DNA of 46,315 bases from a virus (lineage: Duplodnaviria; Caudoviricetes): positions 1-46,315 of IMG/VR virus record IMGVR_UViG_3300048599_000807, one strand, 5' to 3'. The notes beneath the pieces are model-generated. The model saw only the letters and a program-made list of their open reading frames with translations, was not told the origin of the DNA and did no database searches. Below, piece after piece: positions 25,672-35,612 of this stretch; position 1 is the stretch's first letter, and each line of letters opens with the position of its first letter. The translations under genes and the position numbers were made by a program.

Positions 25672-27339
25672 ATGGCCCGACGGAACTCGGATTACGAACT
25701 TGCTCCCACGCTGAGCGCCGCCATGCGCGAATTGCGGGAGGATTTTCGGTCCGATTACAACATCGGCGAAAATAACCGATTCATGCCGGCTCCGAGGGGC
25801 GTCGCAAGCGGCGGGAGTGGGGCCGACTATCACTATCGCAACGAATCGCGGTTTTTGCGGGGCATCGAGAGGGCTCGGCACTACGATCGCAACGATATGG
25901 TGGTAGGGCAGGCCGTCAACCGCTTGTGCGCGAACCTGCTGCAGACGGGCTATAACCTCGACGTCAACACGGGCGACGAGAAGCTGAACGAGCAGATCGA
26001 CAACGAATTCTGGAACTGGGCCGACGATCCGGACCAGTGCGATTTGCAAGGCGAAAAGACGTTCGCGGATTTCGAACTGCTCACGCTGCGGCACTCGATT
26101 GTCGACGGCGACTGCCTGACGCTGCTGCTCGACGTCGGCAGCCTCGACCTGATCGAGGCCCACCGCGTTCGCACGGCCCCGTACATGCGCAACAAGCTCG
26201 TGCACGGCGTGCGACTCGATCCGGAGACGCGCAAGCGGACGGGCTATTTTGTCTCGCACGAGGACATTGACCCCCTCACGTCCGTCACTCGAAACGACAA
26301 GTTCACCGAGTACCCGGCCCGGGATGCCGACGGCGAACGGCACGTGCTGCACATTTACGATCCCAAGCGGGTCAGCCAAACCCGGGGCATTACCGCGTTC
26401 GCTCCCATTGGCGAAGTGGTGGGCATGCACGGCGACGTGCAGTTTGCCACCATGGTCAAGGCCCAGGTGGCCGCCATGTTCGCCATCTTTGAGGAGCAGG
26501 ATGGCAACGATGGCTCGCGCCCGCCTGTCCCGGGCAGCAGCGCGCCCATCAAAACGGGAACCACCACCGTCGAAACGATGGGGGACGGCACGACGCGCAC
26601 CCAGCAGGGCCTCGTGCCCGGCATGCGGGTCAAGGGCGCGCCGGGGGTGAAGCTCAAGGGGTTCGCCCCGAACATCCCGAACCCTGAGTTTTTCCCACAT
26701 TCGACGCTGCTCCTCACGTTCATCGCCGTGAACCTCGATCAACCGGTGCACGTGCTGCTGCTCGACCCCACCAAAACGAACTTCAGCGGCTGGCGGGGAG
26801 CCATTGACCAGGCCCGCATGAAGTGGCGGCAAACCAACCGCTGGCACATTCGCCGGTTCCATACGCCCGTGTACCGCTGGCGGCTGCGGCGGCTTATCGC
26901 CAGCTCGACGTACTTTGCCAGGCGAGCCAGGGAACTCGGCCCGCAGTTCTTTGAACACGCCTGGCACCCGGATGCCTATCAGTACATCGACCCATCCAAA
27001 GACGGGGCGGCCGACTTGCTGCAAGTCAGCAACCTGTTCCTCAGCGAACGGCGACGGGCCATGCGGCTCGGCATGCAGTTCCATCCGCTGATCAACGAGA
27101 TCATCGAAGATCGCATGTACATCATTAACAAGGCAACGGCCGCCGCGAACGCCTGGAACGCGGCGAACGGCGTCGCAAGCAAACCAACCCCGCTCACGTG
27201 GCGTGATATCTGTCCGTTGCCGACTCCCCAGGGCTACTCGGCCAAACTTGCCACGGAACCCGCAGCGGATGAGGCCGCCGACGAGGAACCGTCGGAACCC
27301 GCCAAGAAAAACCCCGGCCCCAAGCGCGAGGAGGATTAA
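25672..27339 (+). CDS. Portal protein, lambda gpB family
   Basis: RARHYDRND, CDLQGEKTF, DGDC, GVRLD, QTRGI, NFSGWR, IDPSKD. Confidence 0.92.
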   Translation: MARRNSDYELAPTLSAAMRELREDFRSDYNIGENNRFMPAPRGVASGGSGADYHYRNESRFLRGIERARHYDRNDMVVGQAVNRLCANLLQTGYNLDVNTGDEKLNEQIDNEFWNWADDPDQCDLQGEKTFADFELLTLRHSIVDGDCLTLLLDVGSLDLIEAHRVRTAPYMRNKLVHGVRLDPETRKRTGYFVSHEDIDPLTSVTRNDKFTEYPARDADGERHVLHIYDPKRVSQTRGITAFAPIGEVVGMHGDVQFATMVKAQVAAMFAIFEEQDGNDGSRPPVPGSSAPIKTGTTTVETMGDGTTRTQQGLVPGMRVKGAPGVKLKGFAPNIPNPEFFPHSTLLLTFIAVNLDQPVHVLLLDPTKTNFSGWRGAIDQARMKWRQTNRWHIRRFHTPVYRWRLRRLIASSTYFARRARELGPQFFEHAWHPDAYQYIDPSKDGAADLLQVSNLFLSERRRAMRLGMQFHPLINEIIEDRMYIINKATAAANAWNAANGVASKPTPLTWRDICPLPTPQGYSAKLATEPAADEAADEEPSEPAKKNPGPKREED

Positions 27340-27343
27340 CGCC

Positions 27344-28723
27344 GTGCTGCAATCGATTTCCCTGCCGGCCGGTGACCGGGCCGCGATTCCCCACCTCGAC
27401 CAGTATTTCGGGCTGTGGGCCATGCACGAGCCGGCCATCACCGCCCACTGGCACCTGGCCAGCAAACTGAACATCAGCCTGCACCTGCAGTCGGAGCAGG
27501 CCCAGGCCGCGAAAGCCGCCGCGGCCGACGTGAAACCGGCCACGAAAAACAACATCGCGGTGATCGGCCTAGCCGGCTCGCTGATGAAGCATCAAAGCAG
27601 CATGGGCGATAGCACGTCGACCGTGCTCACCCGCCGCAAGGTCAAGGCCGCCGTGGCCGATCCGAACGTCGCGGGCATTTTGCTCGTGCTCGATTCCCCC
27701 GGCGGCACGGTGGCTGGCACGCAAGCTCTGGCCGACGACGTGGCCGAGGCCAGCGGCAAGAAGCCCGTGTGGGCCTACTGCGAGGATCTGTGCGCGAGTG
27801 CCGCGTACTGGATCGCCAGCCAGGCCCAGCAGGTGTTTGCCAGCAAAACCACCATCGTCGGTTCGATTGGCACGTTTGCCATCATCCACGATTACACCGC
27901 GAAAGCGGCCATGGAGGGAGTCAAGGTTCACGTGGTCAAGGCCGGCGACTTCAAAGGCGCGGGCGTACCGGGAACCGAGGTGACCGCCGAACAACTGGCC
28001 GAGTTCAAAGAACGGGTCACCGCGCTGAACGAGCATTTCATTCAGGGCGTCGCCCGGGGCCGCAAGCTGACCATGGACGAAGCCCGCGCGCTGGCCGATG
28101 GCCGGGTGTACGTGGGGGAAGCCGCCAAATCACGCCGACTGATCGACGGCGTTCAATCGCTCGATCACACGTTTTCCCAATTCATGTTGCATGTCTCTCG
28201 GAGGTCCCGAATGGACGCCAGTCACGCGCTCGAAACTAACACGCTGGCCACGGCTGGCGCAGCCCCGACCCAACAAGCTGCCGCGGCTGCCGTCGCCCCG
28301 GCTGCTCCGGCCAAGCCAGCCGCCGCCACGGCTGCCGAGCTGCGGGCCGCCTGCCCCAAGGCATCGGCCGATTTCATCCTCGCCCAGATCGAGGCCGGCG
28401 CCACGGTGGCCAGCGCCACCACCGCCTACAACGCCGAGCTGCTGAAGCAACTCGAGGCCAAGGATAAGCAACTTGCGGACGCTGCCGCCGCGAAGCCCGC
28501 CGAAGCCAACCGGGGCCCGGGCGTCAAGCCGCTGCCGGCTGCGACCAGGGTTGACGCGTCGACCGATGGCAGCGCGGCCGAGCAAGTCGAGGAACTGGTT
28601 GCCGCAGAAATGAAGCGAACCGGGAAACCCAAACACGAGGCCACCAGGGCTGTGTTTGCGAAGAATCCGGAGCTTCGCCAGCAGCTCGTTGCCGAGCACA
28701 ACGCGGCCAACCGCCGCCGATAG
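27344..28723 (+). CDS. Head maturation protease (S49, lambda gpC-like) with C-terminal scaffold
   Basis: DSPGG, CASAAYWIAS, VGSIG, AGDFKG; GAGGAGG SD before GTG. Confidence 0.9.
   Translation: MLQSISLPAGDRAAIPHLDQYFGLWAMHEPAITAHWHLASKLNISLHLQSEQAQAAKAAAADVKPATKNNIAVIGLAGSLMKHQSSMGDSTSTVLTRRKVKAAVADPNVAGILLVLDSPGGTVAGTQALADDVAEASGKKPVWAYCEDLCASAAYWIASQAQQVFASKTTIVGSIGTFAIIHDYTAKAAMEGVKVHVVKAGDFKGAGVPGTEVTAEQLAEFKERVTALNEHFIQGVARGRKLTMDEARALADGRVYVGEAAKSRRLIDGVQSLDHTFSQFMLHVSRRSRMDASHALETNTLATAGAAPTQQAAAAAVAPAAPAKPAAATAAELRAACPKASADFILAQIEAGATVASATTAYNAELLKQLEAKDKQLADAAAAKPAEANRGPGVKPLPAATRVDASTDGSAAEQVEELVAAEMKRTGKPKHEATRAVFAKNPELRQQLVAEHNAANRRR
28211..28723 (+). CDS. Nested in-frame scaffolding protein (Nu3-like)
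   Basis: GGAGGT SD upstream of an in-frame ATG; Ala-rich helical product. Confidence 0.6.
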   Translation: MDASHALETNTLATAGAAPTQQAAAAAVAPAAPAKPAAATAAELRAACPKASADFILAQIEAGATVASATTAYNAELLKQLEAKDKQLADAAAAKPAEANRGPGVKPLPAATRVDASTDGSAAEQVEELVAAEMKRTGKPKHEATRAVFAKNPELRQQLVAEHNAANRRR

Positions 28724-28807
28724 TCCCCTTTTCGCCGATCCCGCATCGAACCAACGGGGGACCGGCAAGCGTTTTGAACCACCATCACCTGTCGGGAGTT
28801 TTGAACC

Positions 28808-29479
28808 ATGTCTCAGGAAAACGTGTCGGGAACCAAAACCTTCCTGACGAGTGAAGCCATCGCGGACTATCTCCGCGTGAAGTTGTCGGGCGGCGCTCTG
28901 GCGATCGCCGGAGCGGGCGAGCGATCGCTCGGAACGAACGTCGGCGGCTATGCTGCCAGCGGCAAGCCCTGCACCGTGGGTCTGCGCAACATGACAGGCA
29001 CTCGCAAAATGGTCGCCGCTGGCGCCATCGCCCAGGGAGCCCGCATTTATCCGGCTGCTGGTGGAAAGGTCAACGACGTGGCTATCGGCAACAGCGAAGG
29101 CATCGCCCTGCAGGCTGCCACGGCCAACAACGACGTGATCGAGTGCATGTATGACGAAGCGCCGCAAACCGTGGATATCGGCACGGTGGCCGCTCTGGGT
29201 TCGACTCAGGCGGACGCGGCCCCGATTGTCAACCAGGTCACCTCTGTGACGGCAGCCGACGGCACGAAAGGCGTCGTGCTGCAAGATGAGCCGATTGGTA
29301 CCACTCGGCAAATCTACAACGCCGTCGCCACCAACGGATTGAAGATCTATCCGGCCGGCACAAACACGATCAACGGTGGTTCGGCCAGTGCGGCCATCAC
29401 CATCGAAGGGAAAACGAACGCGTATCTGGTGAAGGTCGACGCGACCAATTGGTCGGCAATCTTCGTCACGAACACGTAA
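28808..29479 (+). CDS. Capsid decoration/cement protein (DUF2190-like) with C-terminal extension
   Basis: KMVAAGAIAQGARIY...GIALQAATANNDVIE; lies between protease and capsid genes. Confidence 0.7.
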   Translation: MSQENVSGTKTFLTSEAIADYLRVKLSGGALAIAGAGERSLGTNVGGYAASGKPCTVGLRNMTGTRKMVAAGAIAQGARIYPAAGGKVNDVAIGNSEGIALQAATANNDVIECMYDEAPQTVDIGTVAALGSTQADAAPIVNQVTSVTAADGTKGVVLQDEPIGTTRQIYNAVATNGLKIYPAGTNTINGGSASAAITIEGKTNAYLVKVDATNWSAIFVTNT

Positions 29480-29495
29480 ACCGACTACCCGAGCG

Positions 29496-29549
29496 CCTGG
29501 GGGCTGCGATGCGCATCAAAGCCCCTGGGTTTTTGCCTTTTGTTTTTTC
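29496..29549 (+). terminator. Putative intrinsic terminator
   Basis: CCTGGGGGCT/AGCCCCTGGG stem followed by long T tracts. Confidence 0.55.
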
Positions 29550-29585
29550 TCCTTTTGCTCTGGTAGACACTAGGAGAGCCCAACC

Positions 29586-30560
29586 ATGGGGAGCCCCATT
29601 GGATCGTTGACGACGCTGCGTTCGGATCTCGGCGGCAGCGTGGAAGCATTTGACCTGGCTGCCGATCGCATCGGCTTCATCGCCCTGAAAGTCCTACCGG
29701 TTTTCGAATCGAAGATCGCTGCGGGCAACTTCGGTAAGATTCCGATCGAGGAACTGCTGAAAAACCCAGAAGTGACCCGCAACAACCGCGGCGGGTACAA
29801 CCGAACCAATGTCCGATTCACCCAGGACAGCTTTGCCACAAGCGAGTATGGCTTGGAGTCGCCAGTCGACGAGCGGGACGCCAAGCTGTACGCCGACTAC
29901 TTCGATGCGGAAGTGGTGGCTGCTGAAGCTGCGCTCGATGGTGTGTTGCGGGCCCAGGAAATGCGTGCCGCCGCTGCCGTGTTCAACGCTGGTGCGTTCA
30001 CACCGAACGACGTAACCAACGAGTGGGACGATTACGACGCCGCAACGCCGCTTGACGACGTGATGGAAGAGAGCCTGGCGTTCTACGCAGCGACGGGTCT
30101 CTGGCCCAACGCGCTGGTAATGAACCTGAAAGTGTTCAAGAACCTGCGCAACTGCGAGCAGGTTCTTGACCGGATCAACTCGGCAGGAGCCGGTGACCGG
30201 ACGATGCCGCGCGACGTGACGGCCGCAAAACTGGCGGAACTGTTTGACGTGGGCGAGGTGATCGTCGCCGGCGGAAGCAAGAACGCCAACCATGAAGGGC
30301 AAACCGCTGGTATTTCGCAGATCTGGTCGGATGAATATGTCGGCCTGGTCCGCGTGGCTCGCACGAACAACATCAAAGAGCCCTGCCTGGGTCGCACGAT
30401 CCACTGGGGCGCGGATGGCAGCCAGATCGGCGGCACGTTCGAAAGCTACGAAGATCCGCAGATTCGTGGCGACGTGGTCCGCTGCCGGCACGACGTGCAG
30501 GAAAAGCTGATCCATACGCCCATGTGCCGACTGCTCGGCAACATCACCACCACGGCTTAG
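29586..30560 (+). CDS. Major capsid protein
   Basis: 324 aa; FIALKVLP, WDDYDAATPLDDV, PNALVM, IWSD, LGRT; position. Confidence 0.85.
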   Translation: MGSPIGSLTTLRSDLGGSVEAFDLAADRIGFIALKVLPVFESKIAAGNFGKIPIEELLKNPEVTRNNRGGYNRTNVRFTQDSFATSEYGLESPVDERDAKLYADYFDAEVVAAEAALDGVLRAQEMRAAAAVFNAGAFTPNDVTNEWDDYDAATPLDDVMEESLAFYAATGLWPNALVMNLKVFKNLRNCEQVLDRINSAGAGDRTMPRDVTAAKLAELFDVGEVIVAGGSKNANHEGQTAGISQIWSDEYVGLVRVARTNNIKEPCLGRTIHWGADGSQIGGTFESYEDPQIRGDVVRCRHDVQEKLIHTPMCRLLGNITTTA

Positions 30561-30610
30561 GCCTGGTTGGGATCGTGAATCGGGGCTGGGGGTACGAGAG
30601 CCTGGCCCCG

Positions 30611-30650
30611 CGGCTGCTGGCGTGGTGACTCCGCCGGCGGCCGTTTTTCT
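30611..30650 (+). terminator. Putative intrinsic terminator after the capsid gene
   Basis: CGGCTGCTGGCG/CGCCGGCGGCCG followed by TTTTT. Confidence 0.6.
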
Positions 30651-30756
30651 CTCGTTCGTTCCTCTTGGCCACACTGCCCCAGGTACAGCCGCGTGAATCA
30701 GCCCCCGGTGATCAGCGACGAACGGCCGCGGCTCAGCGCGCAAGGGGGGCGGTAGC

Positions 30757-31350
30757 ATGGCCACGCAAACACTGACGGTCTCGGCGAGTGTGGACGATGG
30801 GAACTGGTATTCCGGCGGGATCAATCTGCTCGGCAGCAACCTGCTCGTCGGATTGGTGAGCGGGTTCTATGTAGCCCATTCATGGATTCGCTGGCAATTC
30901 ACTGCCGACGTGGCTCAATTCTCAGTCATCAATTCCGCGACGTTATCAGCACGAAAGAGCTACACAGGGGCCCCTGCAAGTGGTTTCAGTGCGCTCGCGA
31001 AGTTCGTCAATCAATCGAATCCGGCCAACCCGGCGAACGTGAGCGCCGCGGAAGCTTTGTGGAGTTCAGCGGCCCCCGGCAGCGGGAACGCATACACGGC
31101 TGCGGAGTGGCCAGATTGGAACGACGTTGCTTCGCTCGATCTAACCACCGCACTGCAGGATCTAGTAAACGCCCGCGCTATCTCAAATGGCGAGTACGTG
31201 ATGCTGATTCTGAGGGACAACGGGAGCACTGGCTATTATCGCCCGCTGTTAGCACACGAGAGTGCCCCGTCACCTTATCCCACGCTGGCGTTCGACTGGA
31301 CCGCCGCCCCTTCCGGCAATCGTCGCCGGCGGGCCCTCATTGGTTGCTAG
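30757..31350 (+). CDS. Putative virion-associated beta-sandwich protein
   Basis: SASVDDG...INSATLS...DLTTALQDLV...PTL pattern; C-terminal RRRRALIG. Confidence 0.55.
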   Translation: MATQTLTVSASVDDGNWYSGGINLLGSNLLVGLVSGFYVAHSWIRWQFTADVAQFSVINSATLSARKSYTGAPASGFSALAKFVNQSNPANPANVSAAEALWSSAAPGSGNAYTAAEWPDWNDVASLDLTTALQDLVNARAISNGEYVMLILRDNGSTGYYRPLLAHESAPSPYPTLAFDWTAAPSGNRRRRALIGC

Positions 31351-31365
31351 AAAGGAGCCCCGACC

Positions 31366-31692
31366 ATGGCCATTAACGCGCCCATCGCCCTGAACATCGC
31401 CGATCGCCAGGCCGTGCGCAGCGTGATCGTGCCCCGCTGCACGGGGCACGTCACCAACTATGCCCTGTACATCCTGGGAGGCGGCGGCAATCCCGCTCCC
31501 ACCACGGGACAAACCAACTGGGCCGCGTCGGCCATCCGCAACCCGGCGACCGTCGGCGAAGCAGTCTCCTGGCACGTGCTCAATCAGCCCAGCTACATCA
31601 ACGGCGGCAGCTCGATCGCCGACGACGAGCTCCAGGGAATCGTCGAGACGGCCATCAGAAACCACTTTGTGACCGAACCACCCGCCGAGTAG
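31366..31692 (+). CDS. Hypothetical structural-region protein
   Basis: AAAGGAG SD, 108 aa. Confidence 0.7.
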   Translation: MAINAPIALNIADRQAVRSVIVPRCTGHVTNYALYILGGGGNPAPTTGQTNWAASAIRNPATVGEAVSWHVLNQPSYINGGSSIADDELQGIVETAIRNHFVTEPPAE

Positions 31693-31696
31693 TCCC

Positions 31697-33040
31697 ATGT
31701 TTGCTCGCCAATCCACCGCGCGCACCTTCCTGATCGGGCCCGTGCTCGACTCGGCCGGTGTTGCCGTCACCACGTGCGTGATCGGAGATTTCAAACTCTC
31801 GGTCAACGGCGGGAGCCTGGCCGCGCTGAACGGATCGGCCACGCTCACGCATCGCGCGGGGGGCCAGTATTCGCTGGCCGCCACCACCAGCGACTTCGCC
31901 ACGGTGGGCACGGCCCAGTTCGCCCTCGACAAGGGAACCGACGCCTGCCAGCCGGTGGCCTTCGACGTGATCGAAGAGGCGGTTTACGACGCCCTGATTG
32001 CCTCTGCGGCCACCGGCCAACTTCCGGCCAACGTCACGGCCATGGCGGCCGGCGTGATTACGGCCACCGCGATCGCCAGCAACGCCTTCACCGCCGCCAA
32101 GTTCCATAGCGACTATCTGACGGCCGTGGCCGCCGCGATCTGGAACGCTGTCACGTCGGGGCTCACCACCGTGGGCTCGATCGGCAAACTGCTGGTCGAC
32201 CGGATCGATGCCACGATCAGCAGCCGGGCCGAACCAGGCGACGAAATGGACCTGGTTGACTCGCCGAATGCCGACGCACGCACCGCCATCGCCACCACAC
32301 TCGAAGCGGCCATTCTCGACGAGGGAGATTCCACGGCCCTGCTGGCCGCAATTGCCGCCAAGGTGGAAGAGTTTGTGATCAATGATGGCGACTCGGCGGC
32401 CACCATGCAGGCGATCGCCGCGGCCGTCTGGGCGAACGCGGACCGCGAACTGACCAGCGGCGCGAACCTGCCGACGGCCGGCGACATTGCCGAGGCGGTG
32501 CTCGACGAAGCGATCGCGGGTCACCTGGACGCCGGCACGGTGGGGAATGCGATCTACGTGGGAGCCACGCAAGCCAGCGAAGCCAATGCAGCCGTTGCAG
32601 CGTTGCACAACCTTAGTTCGTCCGACGTCCAAACGGCGGCCGACGCCGCGCTGGTCAATCTCCACCTCGATCATTTGTTCGCCACGGCGTATGACCCGGC
32701 CGCGAAGCCCGGAGCGGCCGACGCCTTGCTGAATGAGCTCGTCGAAAACGATGCCGGCGTGGCCCGGTTCACGGCGAACTCCCTCGAGCAAGGGCCGGGC
32801 GGCGGAGCACCGACGGCCGACCAGAACGCCGACGCGCTACTCGACCGGGCCAACGCCGTCGAAACGGGCCTGACAATTCGACAACTCATGCGCGGCATTG
32901 GTGCCATTCTGTGTGGGACGTCCGACAACCCAAGCGGCGGCGTCTGGGCGTTCTACTCCGCAAAAACGAATGCCAAGGCCCGTGTCACGTTCACGATCGC
33001 CAACAACAAGCGAACCAGCGCTTCCACCGACCTTGATTAA
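31697..33040 (+). CDS. Putative virion structural protein with IAxAVW/LD-type helical repeats
   Basis: AVAAAIWNA, AIAAAVWAN, DIAEAVLDE, QNADALLDR. Confidence 0.65.
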   Translation: MFARQSTARTFLIGPVLDSAGVAVTTCVIGDFKLSVNGGSLAALNGSATLTHRAGGQYSLAATTSDFATVGTAQFALDKGTDACQPVAFDVIEEAVYDALIASAATGQLPANVTAMAAGVITATAIASNAFTAAKFHSDYLTAVAAAIWNAVTSGLTTVGSIGKLLVDRIDATISSRAEPGDEMDLVDSPNADARTAIATTLEAAILDEGDSTALLAAIAAKVEEFVINDGDSAATMQAIAAAVWANADRELTSGANLPTAGDIAEAVLDEAIAGHLDAGTVGNAIYVGATQASEANAAVAALHNLSSSDVQTAADAALVNLHLDHLFATAYDPAAKPGAADALLNELVENDAGVARFTANSLEQGPGGGAPTADQNADALLDRANAVETGLTIRQLMRGIGAILCGTSDNPSGGVWAFYSAKTNAKARVTFTIANNKRTSASTDLD

Positions 33041-33062
33041 CCCAAAGAACCCGGTTTGACCC

Positions 33063-33509
33063 ATGTTCCCCATCGGCTTTTTCCCCATCACGCTGCCAGC
33101 GAGCAACAACGTGGTTGTCCCCACGGGTGGTTCGCTGTTTCGGCAATTGATGGACGATGCCGGCTGGGCGCAACTGTTCGACACCAGCGGCGAATCGGTG
33201 GTGTATATCGAGCGTGGCGGCGTTGAAACGCAACTGATCGGGCTCGTCGCGAATGCGTCCCGCAAGGAAAGGCGGCATCCCGAACGTGGCACGATCGTGC
33301 TGCACAGCCGCCACGTGACGATCCTGGCCAATCCAGCCAGCGACTACGGTGGCGTGGTTCGTCCTCAGTTGAACGCGACGATGCAAGTTGCAGGCCTGGA
33401 ATGGTCGATCGCAGACGTCGAAGCCGAAGGGAACGGGGCCCATAAACTGACGATCGAACGGACCGAAAATCGCGAGATTGCCCGCAGTGGCTATCGGGGA
33501 GGTAACTAG
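33063..33509 (+). CDS. Putative head-tail joining protein (gpFII-like)
   Basis: Size, position, GESVVY and beta-rich C-terminus. Confidence 0.55.
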   Translation: MFPIGFFPITLPASNNVVVPTGGSLFRQLMDDAGWAQLFDTSGESVVYIERGGVETQLIGLVANASRKERRHPERGTIVLHSRHVTILANPASDYGGVVRPQLNATMQVAGLEWSIADVEAEGNGAHKLTIERTENREIARSGYRGGN

Positions 33510-34067
33510 ATGACACTCCCCACCACTAATCCCGTCGGTCCGCTGGCCTTGCCGAAACACTACTTCGCGGTCACTTTTGCCGGCCTGGCCAAGGTGCAAG
33601 AGCTCTTTGGCGCGGCCAACGCCACCGAAGCCGAGGCGAGGATCTGGATTGACGCGCTACCACCACCGCGCGACGAGTACGATCAGGTGGTCGCTGCCTA
33701 CACGAAACAACAAATGGAGGCTTTGCGGCCCCACATTCTGATTGGTACCGCCCCCCGTCAAAACCTGATTTCGCAGCGGCTCGCCACGGATACCTACGGC
33801 AAGGGGGGCACGCTGGTTGCCTGGATTGAACTGGCCTGCAATCCCGACCTGCGCGACGATCCGGCGGCCCTGCAGCGGGATTGCGACAACACCATCGGCG
33901 CCATCCTCTCGGAGCTCGAACAGGATTCCTACCAGCCGGGCAAACTGGCCATCGACCGGGTCGAAGTCGACGGCCCGTGGCGTTGCCCCGAAGATGCGAT
34001 TGAGGACTTGGGGGATCACTTCCTGGCAGCCTTGACGATTCGCTGGAACGGGGGGCTAGCGCAATGA
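33510..34067 (+). CDS. Putative tail terminator/completion protein
   Basis: Position and size; GGAGG SD. Confidence 0.5.
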   Translation: MTLPTTNPVGPLALPKHYFAVTFAGLAKVQELFGAANATEAEARIWIDALPPPRDEYDQVVAAYTKQQMEALRPHILIGTAPRQNLISQRLATDTYGKGGTLVAWIELACNPDLRDDPAALQRDCDNTIGAILSELEQDSYQPGKLAIDRVEVDGPWRCPEDAIEDLGDHFLAALTIRWNGGLAQ

Positions 34068-34576
34068 TCATCACCATGCGCGAGCGCGGGGCGACGCCGA
34101 AATTGGCAGCCCGTGAAGCGAACAACATCAACCGCGATGCCGCGGCGGAAGTCGCCCTCACCTGGCACGATCGCTATGTGCGGAAACACTTCACGAATGC
34201 AGGTGCGACCGAGTACCGCTACACCCCACGCGCTGGCGAGCGAGGAAGCGGGAAAGCGTTTCGAAAGTCCTATACGGGCAAAAAGCTGCTATCCAAAGGC
34301 CACACACGCCCACTCGTGTTCAGTGGAGAAAGCTACGTGCGCGTGCTCGGCAGCCGAACCAACATCACGTCCACGGCCCGCCGGGGCGAAGCCCAGGCCC
34401 GGCTACGGATGAACGCCCCCGCGCTGAATTTCAAAAACCCTCGCTCGAGCATTGACATGCGCGACGAGTTGACCCGCGTTTCCGATCCCGAGCAGGACGA
34501 ATTGACGATTGTCGGCCGCGAGTATCAGGAATCGCGTTACCGAGCCATCGCCACCACCGAAACCCGAACGATCTAA
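34064..34576 (+). CDS. Putative neck/tail completion protein (basic)
   Basis: ATGA overlap; KHF...RY.PR...RPLVFSG. Confidence 0.5.
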   Translation: MIITMRERGATPKLAAREANNINRDAAAEVALTWHDRYVRKHFTNAGATEYRYTPRAGERGSGKAFRKSYTGKKLLSKGHTRPLVFSGESYVRVLGSRTNITSTARRGEAQARLRMNAPALNFKNPRSSIDMRDELTRVSDPEQDELTIVGREYQESRYRAIATTETRTI

Positions 34577-34588
34577 GGAGTCTCCGCA

Positions 34589-35557
34589 ATGTCAGTAACC
34601 ACCCTGCACGGCCTCGAAGCTGTGAAAATCGACGTCGACGATGCCACCACGGCGGTGCTGAGCGGCACGGACCGCTACCGGCTGAGCACGAACAGCCAGA
34701 TTTCGCAGCCGATCCCCGATGGCGACGTTTACGCCCGGGCCCAAGCCCTGGTGGCACAGCAAAACTCGGCCATGTTCGAGACACTGCACATCGCCCAGGC
34801 CTTGGCAATCTGCGGTCTGACCGGGCTGCGCATTAAAGCGGCCACCGAGGGGAAAACCGGCGTCACGTTCTACGCCAAGAAGCAACAAGAGGGAGGCACG
34901 CGCGCGAGTGGCAGCGTGCACGATTCATTTAACTACAAAGAGGGGATTATCGTGCCCCGCCGGCTCGTGTGCGAGCATCAAGGAAATGCCCGGATTGAAT
35001 ATGAAATCCTGGCCACGTGGGACGGCACGAATCTGCCGGTGGTGATCGGCACGTCGATCGCCCTGCCCACCAATCCCAACGCCCCGGAGCTCTTCACGCT
35101 CGGACCGATTGCCCTGGGCATCGACGGCGACCCGGTCGCGTTCACCCAGGTCCGCAGCTTTGAACTCGATTTCGGCGTGAATGCCGAGACGATCGGGGCC
35201 GACAGCGATATCTGGGACACCTTCGCCCGCATTGCCGACATTCAACCTTCGATCGTCCTGCGCGGCCTCGATAAAAACTGGTTCTCGGCCACCAAGGTGC
35301 CGCTGACCGGCGCGAAGATCGAGCACGCCGATACAACAATCGTGCTTCGCAAGCGCCTGCTAGGGAGCGGCACGTTCTACAGCGACGCCGAGGCTGAACA
35401 CATCGGCATCACGGCGGCTGGCATGGCCGTGGTCGATACGCCGATGGACGTCAACGGCAACCAGGTGGGAGAAACCAGCATTCGCTTCCCACTGAATTAC
35501 GACGGCACGAATCTGCCGGCGGTGATCGACACCACGTTCGCGCCGAACCCCGAGTAG
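34589..35557 (+). CDS. Putative major tail tube protein
   Basis: TAAGGAG SD; beta-rich 322 aa upstream of the chaperone and tape measure. Confidence 0.65.
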   Translation: MSVTTLHGLEAVKIDVDDATTAVLSGTDRYRLSTNSQISQPIPDGDVYARAQALVAQQNSAMFETLHIAQALAICGLTGLRIKAATEGKTGVTFYAKKQQEGGTRASGSVHDSFNYKEGIIVPRRLVCEHQGNARIEYEILATWDGTNLPVVIGTSIALPTNPNAPELFTLGPIALGIDGDPVAFTQVRSFELDFGVNAETIGADSDIWDTFARIADIQPSIVLRGLDKNWFSATKVPLTGAKIEHADTTIVLRKRLLGSGTFYSDAEAEHIGITAAGMAVVDTPMDVNGNQVGETSIRFPLNYDGTNLPAVIDTTFAPNPE

Positions 35558-35612
35558 TTGCCGGCCTCGCCCGTTGCCCCGTTCACTTTCTTTTGTTTTT
35601 GGAGTTGGAACC

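Noticed and set aside
25486-27555. 689-aa minus-strand ORF
   Set aside because: Antisense shadow of the portal gene in high-GC DNA; no motifs
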